Shown piece after piece: positions 24,613 to 37,375 of a stretch of DNA of 54,608 nucleotides. Numbering within the stretch: the stretch's first letter is position 1; each line of letters starts with the position of its first letter. The stretch comes from Mesotaenium endlicherianum (lineage: Eukaryota): the NCBI GenBank assembly GCA_009602735.1, contig WELA01003305.1, forward strand, positions 790,233-844,840, written 5' to 3'. A program made the translations under genes and the position numbers. The notes below the pieces were generated by a model. It searched no databases. It was not told the DNA's origin and saw only the letters and a program-made list of their open reading frames with translations.

Positions 24613-26280
24613 ATGGCCGATCCTCAAGACCAACAGCAAGCTTTTGAAGAAGGCATTTCATCTCCAGGAGGGCCTCCTCCAGCGCCGATGGGAGAGCCCA
24701 CTCAAGGAAATCTGTAACAACAAGAAGCACCACAAGGAGGAGCACCGTCAAATCCCGCAGCAGACGCTATAGCAAAGTTGACCCCACCAAAAGGAGTTCC
24801 CGCAAATGAGTGGGCAGCTTTCCTAATGACCGTCCACAACCAAGTGGGCTTGGCCACCTATAAAGCAACCGTGCAAGCGTCAAGAGAAGCTATGGCTGCC
24901 ATGGAAGCCCCTATTGGAAGCCCCTATTGGAAGCAAGGCTCAAAATCCAGCCCCGGCTCAAGCGCCTCCACAAGAGCCTCCGAGAGCAAGGAAACTCATC
25001 AAGCCCGGCAAACCCGACACTTTCAACCCCGGGAAAGGAGCCAACCTGACTTTATGGCTCTACCAAGTGGAGACATACCTCGCATTCCTTGAAGTACCCG
25101 AGGAGGACTACGTTCCCTTTGCCGTTACCTTACTTAGAGGAGCAGCAATATCATGGTGGCGTAACTATCAAGCGGCTATATATCAAGCTATGGCGCACCC
25201 CGTTTGCGGCCATGAGCCCCCACTATCATATGCAAGATGGGCAGATTTTCGTGAGGCTCTCAAGAAGCAATTCATGCCCATCAGTGCGGAGAAGATTGCC
25301 CGAGGAAAGCTCCACCATCTCAAGCAAACGACGTCCGTTCAAGAGTATACATCCAGATTTCACTCCCTCACTCTTGAGATCCCCAACATGTCTCTCGAGG
25401 AGAAGATTGATCGCTACATCTTTGGCCTCAAGCCCAAGGTGGCAAAAGAAGTGGAATCACGCGACTTGACGGACTTTTTCAAAGATCATTGAAGTGGCTC
25501 AAAAGGTGGATACCTTGGATTTCAAGCACTCCGTGCCTTCATCTTCACGGGCACCGGCGACGCGGGTGTATGGAGCCCCTTCCACATCCAAATCTGGACC
25601 CACACCCATGGAAATTGGAGTTATTAAAAGGGACCCCGCGGCTGCCCGGAAGAGTGGAAGACCCTCCAATGACACTTATGATGCAAGAAACTAGCAAGGA
25701 GTGAAAGCAAGACTCTCCCTTGCTGAAAAAGAAGCTCTTATGACGGTTGGACTATGCTTTTAGTGTAAGGAAAAGAGCCATCGTGCACTCTTATGCCCCA
25801 AAGAGTTGTCAAAAAACGGACAGCGCCGGTAGGCCAGGAGCCTACCACCCCAAGACCCACTTCACAAGAAGACAACAAGCCAAGTGAGGTGGAGACCTCC
25901 GTTGAAGACGACGTTCCAGCCCCAATGAGTTTGAGAGGTTACCTTGGAGGAGAGAAGGTCCACATCTTGGTGGGTAGCGGAGCTCAAGGCAACTTCATCG
26001 CTGCAAATTTTGCCACCAAGCACGGTATTACTATGCAAACTCTTGACCACGACGAGGAGATTATGATGCCTGACGGATTCTCCAATATTACCCCTTCCAA
26101 GAAGACGTACCCCTTGGCACTCCCTATCAAGTCCTTCAAGGATAGAGTAGTGTTCTCCCCCATGCAATTGGGCAAGTACGTCGTCATCCTAGGGACGCCT
26201 TGGTTGACCAAGCACAACCCCCAAGTTGATTGGAGGGACAGTATTATCAAGATCAAGAATGACATCACTTCAATGGTCCC
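24613..26280 (+). pseudogene. gag: Element D gag and protease (disrupted), with -1 slippery site AAAAAAC at 25811-25817
   Basis: KPDTFNPGK...LKQTTSVQEYTSRF...GLKPKV; PTPMEIG; gag ends SKNGQRR*; protease ILVGSGAQGNF...VILGTPWLTKHNPQVDW in the -1 frame. Confidence 0.88.
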
Positions 26281-26299
26281 TATGACGAAGACACAAACC

Positions 26300-29200
26300 T
26301 CCTTACACTTGACCGAGTGTACAGGTGGCATCCAAAAACAAATAGCCAACTGGACCTAAGGCAAGTAGTCAAACCCCCTCTAGTATCCACGTTGACTTTC
26401 CATACGTCAGTCAACACACCGTACAGACCCAAGTCTCAATATGCTCATCTTATCTGATTATCTCGCTAGCTATGACGAGCCACAATGCCACAGTAAGACA
26501 TGTCACGCACCAAGCATGGCAACACCAAGAGCTCGTTCAGCTCAAGCACTCAAAGTACTCATTGATCGCGGCTGCTCTCGGGCACTGAACCTTTAATAAG
26601 TCATGCGAACTAAAGAGAGTTAAAGGAAAGTCCTTGCGTTCATAAACTCAAGCCCTTAAACCCTTTAACCACATTAGGTCAAATAATCCAGCAGACTGAC
26701 TTAACCTAAGTCAGCAATCACATAAGATCCGCATCCAAAAACCTCTGCACACTTACTAGACTTATCTTAAGCTTAAACCCCAAGCTCCTACGATCCCATC
26801 AAGTATCACCAAAGCACCGTCTCACACATAGCATTCAAGCACAAGGCACATACCCTAAACCTTCCAGCCCACGTCAATGTGGCAAACGAGAGGAGCACAC
26901 AATGTTACAGCCATGGTTGGGAATAGAGGGTATCTGTAGGATGCCATTGTTGCTGTGGAAGCCTCTTCTCATAGAAGTTGCAGCATGCTGAAGCTTGTGG
27001 ACGACGTAGTGCACTTGGACCGTGGCGACGAAAACCTGTCGTAATCCATACTTGGAAACTTAAGTTAGTAAATCATGTGTGCACGCACTGTCTCAATTGC
27101 TCAACACATGCAGCCATACCCAAGCTCCCTCAACCGAACTGCCACACAAATAATGAGAGAGGTACGTCTCTTGCAAAGCAACAAGCTTAAACCCGAAGGG
27201 ATAGCACAACAGACCAACAAGTCCTCTAGCACCGCTGGAGTGCACACCCCTCTCTATACTAGCCGTGGATTGCATATGACAACACACAACGACTATGATC
27301 AAGTGAGGTAAATGAGTCATATCCAGCTTGCTATGATGCAACTCCCTTGAGGCTGCCCTTGATGCTTGCAGACACCTCTTCCATCAAGCCTCCACTTCAG
27401 GCTTCTCGTTGCGTGTAACTGTACACAAGAGGCTAGGAAAGTCAAGTTAGTATGCCGCATAGTACACTGAGCTAAGAGACACACTAGGTGAGCAAGTGGA
27501 AGGATCCTGGACAGGATGTGCAATGCTCTACATCATACACTTCCCAAGCTCCACCTAGACTCATCATACCACACAAGTAAGCCTCACACATTTACCTCAT
27601 GAGACAAAGAAGACAAGCACAGACATTAGAGAAAGGACTTAGCTCCGATACCACTGAAATGAATCTTGCTTATTCAAGATTAATATATTTCATTTAAATA
27701 TATAAGATCAGAGATAGGTGGAAGCGTGTGAAATCAGGGAGCGATCTTCGCCCTCATAATGAATTCCATTTACTCATCTACACCCCTTGACTCATTTACC
27801 GTAGTGTGCCATAGTTGCACACTGACACGAGGCACAAGTAAGAGGCGAGCTGGAGGACTTGAGCTTCTCCTTTAGAAACTCATGGCCTCTTGCCTACCAG
27901 GCATGCAAGCATGTATAGCACATGCACAACATCAGGGGACTGAATAGCGAAGGCGCTCTCATTCAGGTGACCATAATGTAGCTAAAACACATCCCACTGA
28001 CTTAGGTGCAAACCCTTGGAATATGTCCGCTGTGTGACCCCAAAATATCAGAGGGCATAACTCTGCCAATACTACTCCAAATTGAGCAAACTCAATGGAA
28101 ACGGATGTATCTTCACGAGATCTTTCCGGAATGTCCTAGTTCGCTCCATTTGAAGCGTAGACGAAGCAACCATGTCAATTTCCGTGAAGGTTGGTCATTA
28201 GAACGAACCCAAAAGTGCACAGCATACCGTAGAGCAGGTGTAAAATGGGCCCTGCTGTAATAGATTCACTATGCACACCTAAGTAAAGACAGAAGAGACC
28301 ATCGACATTATAGACGTTCTCGCAATGCATGGCTTGAATGATCTTGTTCAGTTCGATGCACAAACATTCTTCTTGCTAGCTTGGGGTTACAGTGCGAAAG
28401 TCTTACCAGGGATCTATGCACGCTGTTGTCATTGGCTTGCTAGGTGCTTGCTGCAATTACAATAGGTGCCATGTATGTGCCTTTAGAGAAGAACTCGGTT
28501 TTGAGCTATACTGAGTTTGCCCATTGTCATTGGTTGAGTCTATGTGATCCCAATGCTTGCCTCGCCCTCCCGGAAACTATGTAAGATGGAGTCATCAGAT
28601 CTTGACTAGACTGATGCAGCTAGGGTGTGGTGTTTACCACGCGTAGCTAAGCTCATGGAAGGCAACTTACACACTGGCTTGTTGTCTGTTTGACAGACTG
28701 AGACCAGCAAGCAGAGTGTGAAGCAATGGTGACATACAGGTCGAGAGAGGCCGAGGAGTTGGCATGCTGGACGCTGCCACGTGACGCTTCTCCACCTGTC
28801 CTCTGGGCAACTTCAGGCAGTAAGGCCTAAAGGAGGGAGTATCCTGAAACATCAAAACTATGATACAGTTGGTTGTTTCTCTTCCCTTTTTACTTGGATT
28901 GTTGACTCTCACTATTTGGTGGTTGTCATTTTGGCGTATGTCTTGCTAGGAATGACTGGTATGAGTCATTGTATGCATGCGTAGGTAGAGTCAGCTAACT
29001 GAGCTACTCTTTGGTACTGGAGGAACTTACTAATGGGGCCGATTGTCTTTATCTCATAGCAAGCTATCTACACTTCCAAATGGAGGGGTGTAATACGCTG
29101 GTGAAATTGGGTTATTCATGGATAGAGCTTTATGGTGAGAGGGACTGAATGGCAGTACACTCTACCCTATGCCACTTTGGGCATTGCTCTAATCCTGAAA

Positions 29201-30896
29201 AATGGACTTTTTTTTTTTTGGGGGGGGGGGGACTTTCTTTCTTGCTGACTTGATGTTTGCACTTTGTGTCCTCCCTCGGTATTCCTTTGTTGATTTTCCT
29301 CCACCCACTCGTACCTCCGCAATCCTCTGTGACTGTCACTCTGTGTGGTTCCTATGATGCGGAGTCGTAGGCCCTTTTTGGTGTGCTTATGTGGTTTGAG
29401 CTGTCGGGTCGACAACTATTTTAGTTGGGGAGAGGGAGATGGGATGTGTATTAGGAGTGTTCAGTAAGCTGTGCTTACCTGCATACTCAGCAGCAAGTGT
29501 ATGTACTAACTGAGTCATACACTGCCACATCCTATGTAGGTACTGCATTAATATCAGGAGCATCAGTGACTGACTGGTGCAAACTGTGAGTTGCAGTACA
29601 CTGTTGGAGCAAGTGTACGTACTAACTGAGTAAGTACATTGCCATAAGTTGGGATTGGGTAGCAATGATGCATGACACATCAGGAAACTGCTTGAGGTGA
29701 CCAGCATATTGCTCAAAACCATATGTTTCTTTGAACTTAGAGTGTTATGAAAATGTGGTTAAAATTTAAAATTTTCATTGGCTCATTAACCTGATGTTAC
29801 TCTTCTTGTGAGGGCATTCAATGCCATCAAACCAGTTGGTCTTTCTCTTCCTTCAGTACGCTGAATTTTGAGCAGGTACCTAAGTCACAAGAAATTGCTT
29901 GTGAGGAGCTTTCAAGGTGTGAGCACCGCAGGAGTTGAAGACCAAGAGAAGGAGAAAAGGCTTAGTTCAATATGCTGAGCTTTAGTAACATTCTTTCATT
30001 GTTTGACCTCAAAAGGAGGCTGTTCGATTTGGGTGTGGTTTGCATGGTGTGAGGTGCTCTATTATGTCTTTCAACCGGAAGAACTATTGTGAGTAGGGGT
30101 AAGTCCATGCATGTCTTCAGTTAATGATTGTGAAGTCAGATGGTTGCTTGCATGACAATTTGTTGTGATTGATTTTTACTTGCACTGGGTAGGTGAATAT
30201 ATCACGCTCATGTTTTGTTTGCTTGCTTTGCTTCACCTAGTTGACTGATGTGTATTATTAAATAAAAGTATCATATGATGAGTGTTGTCGAGGCGACAAC
30301 GATTTAAGTTGGGGAGACTGTAATGAATCAGTTCATTATTTATTTAAGTAATTGCATATATAAATATAATACTAAATAAGTATTATGTCTATATACTCAC
30401 ATGTGCGAGTTCATCTAAATGAATGTATGTCGATGTAATGCGAGTTTACTTACCTTGTCAAAAAGGTCAGCAGGATGACTTTTGTACCGTAGTGTAGTTT
30501 GCTGACTTTGTTGAAAAGGTCAGCAGGACGACTTTAGGTTTGCACCTAAGTCAGTGGGATGTGTTTTAGCTACATTATGGTCACCTGAATGAGAGCGCCT
30601 TCGCTATTCAGTCCCCTGATGTTGTGCATGTGCTATACATGCTTGCATGCCTGGTAGGCAAGAGGCCATGAGTTTCTAAAGGAGAAGCTCAAGTCCTCCA
30701 GCTCGCCTCTTACTTGTGCCTCGTGTCAGTGTGCAACTATGGCACACTACGGTAAATGAGTCAAGGGGTGTAGATGAGTAAATGGAAGTCATTATGAGGG
30801 CGAAGATCGCTCCCTGATTTCACACGCTTCCACCTATCTCTGATCTTATATATTTAAATGAAATATATTAATCTTGAATAAGCAAGATTCATTTCA
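26300..30896. mobile_element. Family C non-coding LTR element (LARD-like) nested in element D: inverted 5' LTR+PBS (27642-~28222, minus) and PPT+3' LTR (30319-30896, plus)
   Basis: PBS at 27642-27653 abuts TGAAATGAATC; TAAGTTGGGGAGAC precedes TGTAATGAATCAG at 30319; the LTR ends GATTCATTTCA at 30896; no retroviral ORFs in the interior. The left boundary is approximate. Confidence 0.75.
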
Positions 30897-33386
30897 CATA
30901 GAGAAAACGGCGTTCAGGATAAGATATGGACATTTTGAGTTCATGGTCCTGCCATTTGGACTCACCAACGCGCCAGCAACTTTCAAGACTATGATGAACA
31001 CCATATTTCAACCCATGTTGGACAGATTTGTGGTGGTATTTATTGATGACATCCTTATCTACAGCAAGACCCTTGAAGAGCATGCGAGACACTTCAAAGA
31101 AGTCCTCGAAGTATTGAAGCAAAATAAGCAATTTGCAAAAGAGTCAAAGTGCGAGTTTGCCAAACAAGAAGTGGAGTTTCTAGGTCTCCACGTGACTGCT
31201 GATGGCATCAAGATGGACCCCAAGAAGACCACGGTGGTGGAGGAATGGCCAACCCCCACGACCAAGAAAGAAATCCAGTCATTCTTGGGATTTGCCAATT
31301 GGTACAGGAGATTCATCCAGAGCTTCTCGCACATTGCAGCCCCTCTCACGGATCTACTGAAGAAAGACAAGCCATATGTTTAGACCAAGAAAGAGGAGGA
31401 AGCATTCCAACAACTGAAGCAAAGATTGACGACATCCCCGGTGCTCACACTCCCAAGTCCAAACCCAGATAGGCCCTTCCACGTCATCACCGATGCATCT
31501 TCTTACGCAATAGGAGCAATCCTGCTTCAAGACCAAGACAAGGGACTGCAGCCCATTGCCTACAAGTCAAGGAAGCTAAATCCAGCCGAGCAAAATTATA
31601 CAACCACAGAGCGAGAGGCGTTGGCAATTGTACATGCCTTGAAGGTTTGGCGCTGCTACGTTGAAGGACGCAAGGTGCCGGTCACTACAGACCACGAGGC
31701 GTTGAAGCACCTCCAGACGCAGTCGTATTTCTCAAGAAGACAAGCAAGATGGAGCGAATACTTGCAACAGTACAACATCACGATTCAGTACCAGCCCGGC
31801 AAGACAAATCCGGCTGACCCCCTCTCAAGACTGCAATTAAATGCAGTGATGATATCCTTGAAGACGGAATTAGAAGCTCGATTTTCAGCCGCCTACAAAA
31901 GAGACCCTTACTACAAGAACGGAGAAGCGGCCTTGGACTCATACAAGAAGCAAGAAGGCAATTATTGGGTGAGGCAAGACACGAGCCAGAGATGTGTTCC
32001 TGATGACTTAGACCTCCGGCTCTAGCTTCTACGAGAAGCATACGACAACCCTCTTGGAGGACACTTTGGTATCCTAAAGACCACGGGCGTTCTAGCCGGG
32101 ACTTATTGTTGGCCAGGCATGTCTAAGCAAGTCAAGGAGTACTGCAAGAGCTGTGCCACATGCCAAAGAATCAAGCCATCATCGCAAAAGGCGGGTGGAC
32201 TCCTCCAACCACTACCAATCCCCGAAAGACAATGGACGGACATCTCAATGGACCTTATTGTGGACCTGCCCGTGACACCTCGAGGCCATAATGCAATACT
32301 CACGGTGGTTGACAGACTTACTCAGATGGCTCATTTTATTCCCACGACGACTAAGGCTACAGCACCACAACTTGCAAGACTCACTTTGACAACATCTTCC
32401 GACTCCATGGACTACCATCAAGAATTGTGTTGGATAGACATCCAAGATTCACAAGCCATTTTTGGAAAAATCTCTTCAAGAACTTGGGTACATCGTTGGA
32501 TATGTCCACTGCCTACCACCCGCAATCAGATGGGCAAACTGAGCATATGATTGGTACCCTAAAGACCTCTCTAAAGGCCTACATGTCTACTTTGGAGCAA
32601 GATTGGGACTTGTACTTGACCCCTCTGGAGTTTGCCTACAACAACACGACGCAGGCCTCTACCCAAGAGTCCCCATTCTTCCTCAACTATGGCTTCCATC
32701 GAACCACGCCGCTGAGCTTCACGGCTGGCCGTGATAAATTACCTGCAGGACCAGATTTTAGATAGACATTAGAAGCAGCCCTTATAGCAGCGAAGAAAGC
32801 TCTACAACAAGCGCAAGATGCTCAAGCAAGAGTCGCAAACTGGTCCAGAAGAGAAATTACGTACAGAGTGGGTGACAACGTGTTGCTATCATCCAAGAAT
32901 ATTTCTCTAAACAACAGGCCTGCCGGCAGCAAGTTCTCCCCCAAATATTTGGGACCCTTCAAGATTATCCAGCAAGTCAACCTCGTTGCTTTCAAGCTAG
33001 AACTTCCCCAGACTATGCACATCGACCCCGTATTCCACGCTTCCCTCTTCAAGCCATATGTGCAATCCGACAATAAGTTCCCAAAACGAGTGACAACCCC
33101 ACCAGCCCCAACAATAGTGGATGATCATTTGGAGTACAAAGTGGAAGACATTGTGGCTATGAGAAATTTCAGGAGACAGCAGCAATACTTGATCAAGAGG
33201 AAAGGATATCCAGATTCTCAGAATAGTTGGGTGGCGGCGCACTACCTTGACAAAGTTCAGAGAAAGCTGAAACGCTTCTATGCCGCCAACTCCCATCTTG
33301 GACCAGCCCCAAGTCTCTCTACAAGAAGCCCGAAGACTTTAGGGAGGCAGCCTACCACCATCAAGAAGCAGCAGAAGACCTCTTGA
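30897..33386 (+). pseudogene. pol: Element D pol remainder (RT from IEKTAFR, RNase H, integrase, chromodomain)
   Basis: FIDDILI; ITDASSYAIGA; ISMDLIVDLP; YHPQSDGQTE; EYKVEDIV...YLIKRKGY. The RT N-terminus is missing. Confidence 0.93.
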
Positions 33387-34029
33387 AGTCAGCCTGCAAG
33401 AACATGAAAGAGGAAATATTGACATTAGACACTTTTCTCTTCTCGCAGTTTCTAAATAGGAAACTAAAAATGCTATTGGCAATAGGTCTCTGCATTATAA
33501 ATTTTGAACATTTACCTGGCTGTAGTGTATGAGTAGGTGATTTTAGAGTCCAAGTTCGCTCAATTTAGATACGTGGTTAGAGAGATAAAAATCTCTGAAC
33601 ACAAGGGGGTAAGGCTGCTGGCATTATTAGGGCAGAATATGCCTTCTGACATTGTGCCCTACACTGAACTTGGAATGCTTTGAGAATCAAGACTATGGTA
33701 GAAGCCCTTACTGCGCCCATTTAGAGACTAACTTTGCAAAATTTGAAGAAGTACAGGACTTAAGATTTTCAGAAGTTTCTGCACAGATTTGGAGAAGTGC
33801 CTACTCTCTCAGCTCTCAACAACACTGCAAAACTTAAAATGCTCTCAAATTTGGTGATCTGGTACAATTCTCGGATGCGCTCCGTCTGGCATTAGAATTT
33901 TAAGATATAAAGCAATTCTGTAGACGCTATGAATTTTTGAATTTGTGGCAGATTCTAGGTCAAATTGTATAATTTTCTTTATCGTCAAGGAGTAGCCTAG
34001 CAAATAAGGTCACACCACCCACGACCTTG

Positions 34030-34156
34030 CCTAGTCTACCTTACATGTGTAGCACCTGACTTGGCGCCTTTGACTAATCCTCTTCACATGTGTGGCATCT
34101 GACTTGAAGCTGTTGACTAGTCTGCTCCAGATGTGTAAGACCTGACTTGACGCGCC
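34030..34156 (+). repeat. Three degenerate ~43-bp tandem repeats in the 3' UTR of element D
   Basis: Recurring unit CTA(G/A)TC...ATGTGT....CTGACTTG. Confidence 0.75.
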
Positions 34157-34284
34157 GAGACGTCGCTTTTTCTGTCGGGGAGGTGATGTAGTGATTTTAG
34201 TTATAATATATTAGTTTGCATATATTTTAATACTTTTGAATATATTTGGAGTAGTATTGTGTGGAGTCAAGTGTGAATAGATAC

Positions 34285-35006
34285 TGTAATGAATCAGTAT
34301 ATTGGTTGATATAATATTCATTTAAATATAACAGTTAAATTAGTTCAGTCTGCTCCACTCTAGTTTAATAATCGATCTGCTGGACTTTATATTTAATATC
34401 AGTTTAATGACTTAGCCAAAAGCAGCAGGCTGAAGTCAACTTAAGTCAGCTTGCTGACACATTCTTTGACAGCCAGCTGACTTCCGTACTCGGTAGCAGC
34501 GAACTGCCTTGATATACATCTAAGTGTGGTATGCTAGATGAATGGCCAGATGACATCCCTACGATAGATGGCGATTCGGGATGATGGGAGATGGCGGTGG
34601 ATTTGGTTAACCGAGGTCCTACCAACGTGGTTAACTCCCGGGTAGGCGGTGCCATCGCACTGGCCGTTGAACAGTAAACTCATTCCATGTACATATGCTA
34701 GGCATTGCTCTCGAGTTCGGCATTCGGAAACGAGGCCAACTCTCTTTTACAGCTTACTGAGAGAGATCTGAATCCAAGGCGAGAAGCCATTGATACGCAC
34801 TGTCATCTAACTTTGCTTAAGTATGAGTTTACTGATTTGCATTATTGATGCTAGTTTACTCGCATTTGACTTACGAGTATTATTCACTGCTAGTGTGTTG
34901 TCCTTTGCCGTTTAACCAGTTAACGGAAACTACCATAAAGATTACTTACTGATATGAAGATCTTTATTAATTGTTAATCGCCTATTTGGTAAGTCGATTC
35001 ATTTCA
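34285..35006 (+). mobile_element. Solo LTR of family G inserted in the 3' LTR of element D, TSD GATAC
   Basis: TGTAATGAATCAG...GATTCATTTCA flanked by GATAC at 34280-34284 and 35007-35011; the empty site is visible in the 5' LTR of D (~24165). Confidence 0.96.
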
Positions 35007-35422
35007 GATACTCTAGTGACTTGGTTCATGTCCTTTGAACCTTCTAAGGCATTTTCAAAGTTAGAGGAAGGACCTAGAAGAACTCCATGTGGCAAAAGTC
35101 AAATGTGCTGTTTTTAGGTCAAAAGGACATGTGTACATTATTCTAGAAAGAGGTGGCAAGTTTTGGGATGTGTTGGGTGCCAACACATCAACATGCACTT
35201 TCCTAGGAATTACTTATGTAGCAACTCTATAAACAAGAGCTAGAACATAGAATAACATTCCAGAATCACTCTTGTACGTGCCAAAATTCCAGAAATATAT
35301 TAACTTTTAAGAAGTCATCTCTCTTTCAAGAAGCTACCACTTGTGTTCAAAGATCCTTGTCTTGAATAGATAGAGTATTCTATTTTACTAAATACTTTAT
35401 CTATCTGTTTCACTACATGCAC

Positions 35423-36153
35423 TCTCTGGAGATCCCACTTCAGCGTAGATTTTGGCTGCCAGATTCTCTACTTTCCTCCTGGAAGGCAGCTTGGGGAGGG
35501 AAATCTTGGTGTTCTTGATGTACTTAAACTCCCAAAGTCTTGTTGCTTGAGAGTATGTCTTTGACATCATGTTGACAAGCATTTGGTATTGCTCTTGAGA
35601 AAGTTTCAACTTGTACTTGATAGCCAGCCCTAACCTGTCATCCCACTGCTCCTATATTTGCTTCACTGTGGCCTTCTCTATGATTGGCTTCAGGTGCAAT
35701 TCTGTTGTAATAGCTTCCAGCATGTCTTTGTTCTTTGGCTTGTTCAAGAAGGCTGTTTATGACTTGCTCATGTTTGTCTCACATCCAAACTTGTACCCCA
35801 TAAATAGCTTCAGATCATTGCTCATTCTTTGCCATGTTCTTGTAGATTCTCCATCTACTCTACGACGCTTTACTGGAGGAGTTTGAGGGGCTACCATTGA
35901 TCCCTTTTGCTTCAGGTTTCTATCTCTCTCCTAGCTCCTCTCTAGTCTTTCTTCATGCCCATGAATTGCCGAGCAACCTGTACCTCCCTATTGGCTGTTT
36001 TCCTCTTCAGGCTTTTGTTTTCTTCTGCATATTTAGCATTTCAGACTTGTATTTCTCTACTTTACTCTCTAGCCTCTTTGAAGTATCTACAGGTGCTTTC
36101 TCAACACCTGTTTTCTTCCTCTTCAGAAATCTGCCACCTGTTCCTCTAGGCAT
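35423..36153 (-). pseudogene. N-terminal part of the same Transib/RAG1-like transposase, separated from the rest by element D
   Basis: GLAIKYKLKLSQEQYQML resembles RAG1 CLAIRVNTFLSCSQYHKM. The segment becomes contiguous with the catalytic part across the TGCAC TSD of element D. The start codon is uncertain and may lie beyond element F (~43262-43330). Confidence 0.75.
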
Positions 36154-36587
36154 GTTTGTGTTAGTCTGCACTCTTCATATGTCACTGTAACGATCCGAGC
36201 TATTTTAGGCGTATTTGGGACGTTTTCCCAATTACCTCAAGTACGTTATACTATTTATCATATTATTTGATAAATGATTGCATCAAATTCAATTATTTGA
36301 CACAGGCGTGTGTCGATTAATTCCTGGTCGATTGGCGAAACGACCGAGATACTATTGCAAAAAGCGTCGTAATGTAACTCGACTACTTCGCAAAAGTACG
36401 ACATAATTATTCATAAAGTTACTTTGATTATTATGAGATGATAACTTAAAATATCACTGATTGATTAAGTTGATTTGATTGTCATTATTTCGGATAATGC
36501 ACAGTCACAGATTTCGCATTTACGACCAGTTGTTAATACGAAGAAACAGTCGTAAAAGCCAAACGTCACACAATATGCAAAGCGACG

Positions 36588-36658
36588 TTGCATCCGAGCG
36601 GATTCGAACCCGTGACCTGTCGTTTGAAACGTTCACACCTAACCGATTGACGAAGGGG
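36588..36658 (-). promoter_or_regulatory. tRNA-like Pol III A/B-box module, antisense, inside the F LTR (second copy ~42740-42808)
   Basis: The minus strand reads CCCCTTCGTCAATCGGTTAGG...CAGGTCACGGGTTCGAATCCG: a perfect B box GGTTCGAATCC about 43 nt after an A-box-like sequence. It does not fold into a full cloverleaf. Confidence 0.55.
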
Positions 36659-37196
36659 TTTTTGCTTATGACGAAAGCAGGTGTAGGCCACTCCGCGAAC
36701 AAAGTCGCAACTTTTCAAAAAGTCGCGTGAAAGCGAATACGCCCGTTTGGCGTGAAACAGTTTTTCAGGGACCGTCAAAAAGTCTCCAAACGGCCAAACG
36801 GCGCGTTTCGAGCATTCGGCCGAATGGGTTGTACCCCTTCGTCCGTTTACGTTGAACATGAACCAGTGCCCTAGGTGGTGACTCGAAGCACTCCAATGCC
36901 TCATGTCGTGCAAGTATAAATACTTGCAAGAGTCATTGTGAGTGCAACTCTCACAAGCACATATTCTACGTTAATTTTCATTGTCGCTTTCTTGAGGATT
37001 TGTCAATTTGCACAAGTATGTAGATTTTCTTTCCACTCAATCAGATATTCCTTGAATACCGAGGAAAAGATCCTCTCAAAAAGCATAGACGTCACATTGG
37101 TATCGGAGCCAATCTCGGTTTCTCCAAAGAATTTATTTTTTAGTGGTTGGAATATATTTGGGCAATATATTTCGGGGTATTTTTCGTACTGGATGG

Positions 37197-37375
37197 TCAC
37201 CCATCCCAGTATTGCCCTGCGCTCCGGTCGCTTATCATAGTTTTGGGGCAGATTGTCGAGCGGTCGCCCATCCCAGTTCTGCCCTGCGCGACGGTCGCTT
37301 ATCATAGTTTTGGGGCAGATTGTTGGCGCAGTCACCCATCACAGTCTTGCCGTGCACTACGGTCGCTTATCGTAG
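37197..37375 (+). repeat. ~67-bp tandem repeat (about 2.6 copies) in the leader of element F; a second 25-bp duplication lies at ~37499-37547
   Basis: CCCATCCCAGT..TGCCCTGCGC..CGGTCGCTTATCATAGTTTTGGGGCAGATTGT repeated. Confidence 0.9.

Larger units (their letters stand above)
24072..35417 (+). mobile_element. Element D: Ty3/Gypsy chromovirus with 504-bp LTRs (24072-24575; 34187-35417, interrupted by a solo LTR), TSD TGCAC, and nested insertions
   Basis: TGCAC at 24067-24071 and 35418-35422; LTR TGTAGT...CACTACA; PBS 24577-24588; PPT GGGGAGGTGA before 34187. Confidence 0.95.

Noticed and set aside
37197..37375. Repeats in the F leader as a CRISPR-like array
   Set aside because: They are head-to-tail tandem units without unique spacers, in a eukaryotic retrotransposon with no cas genes.
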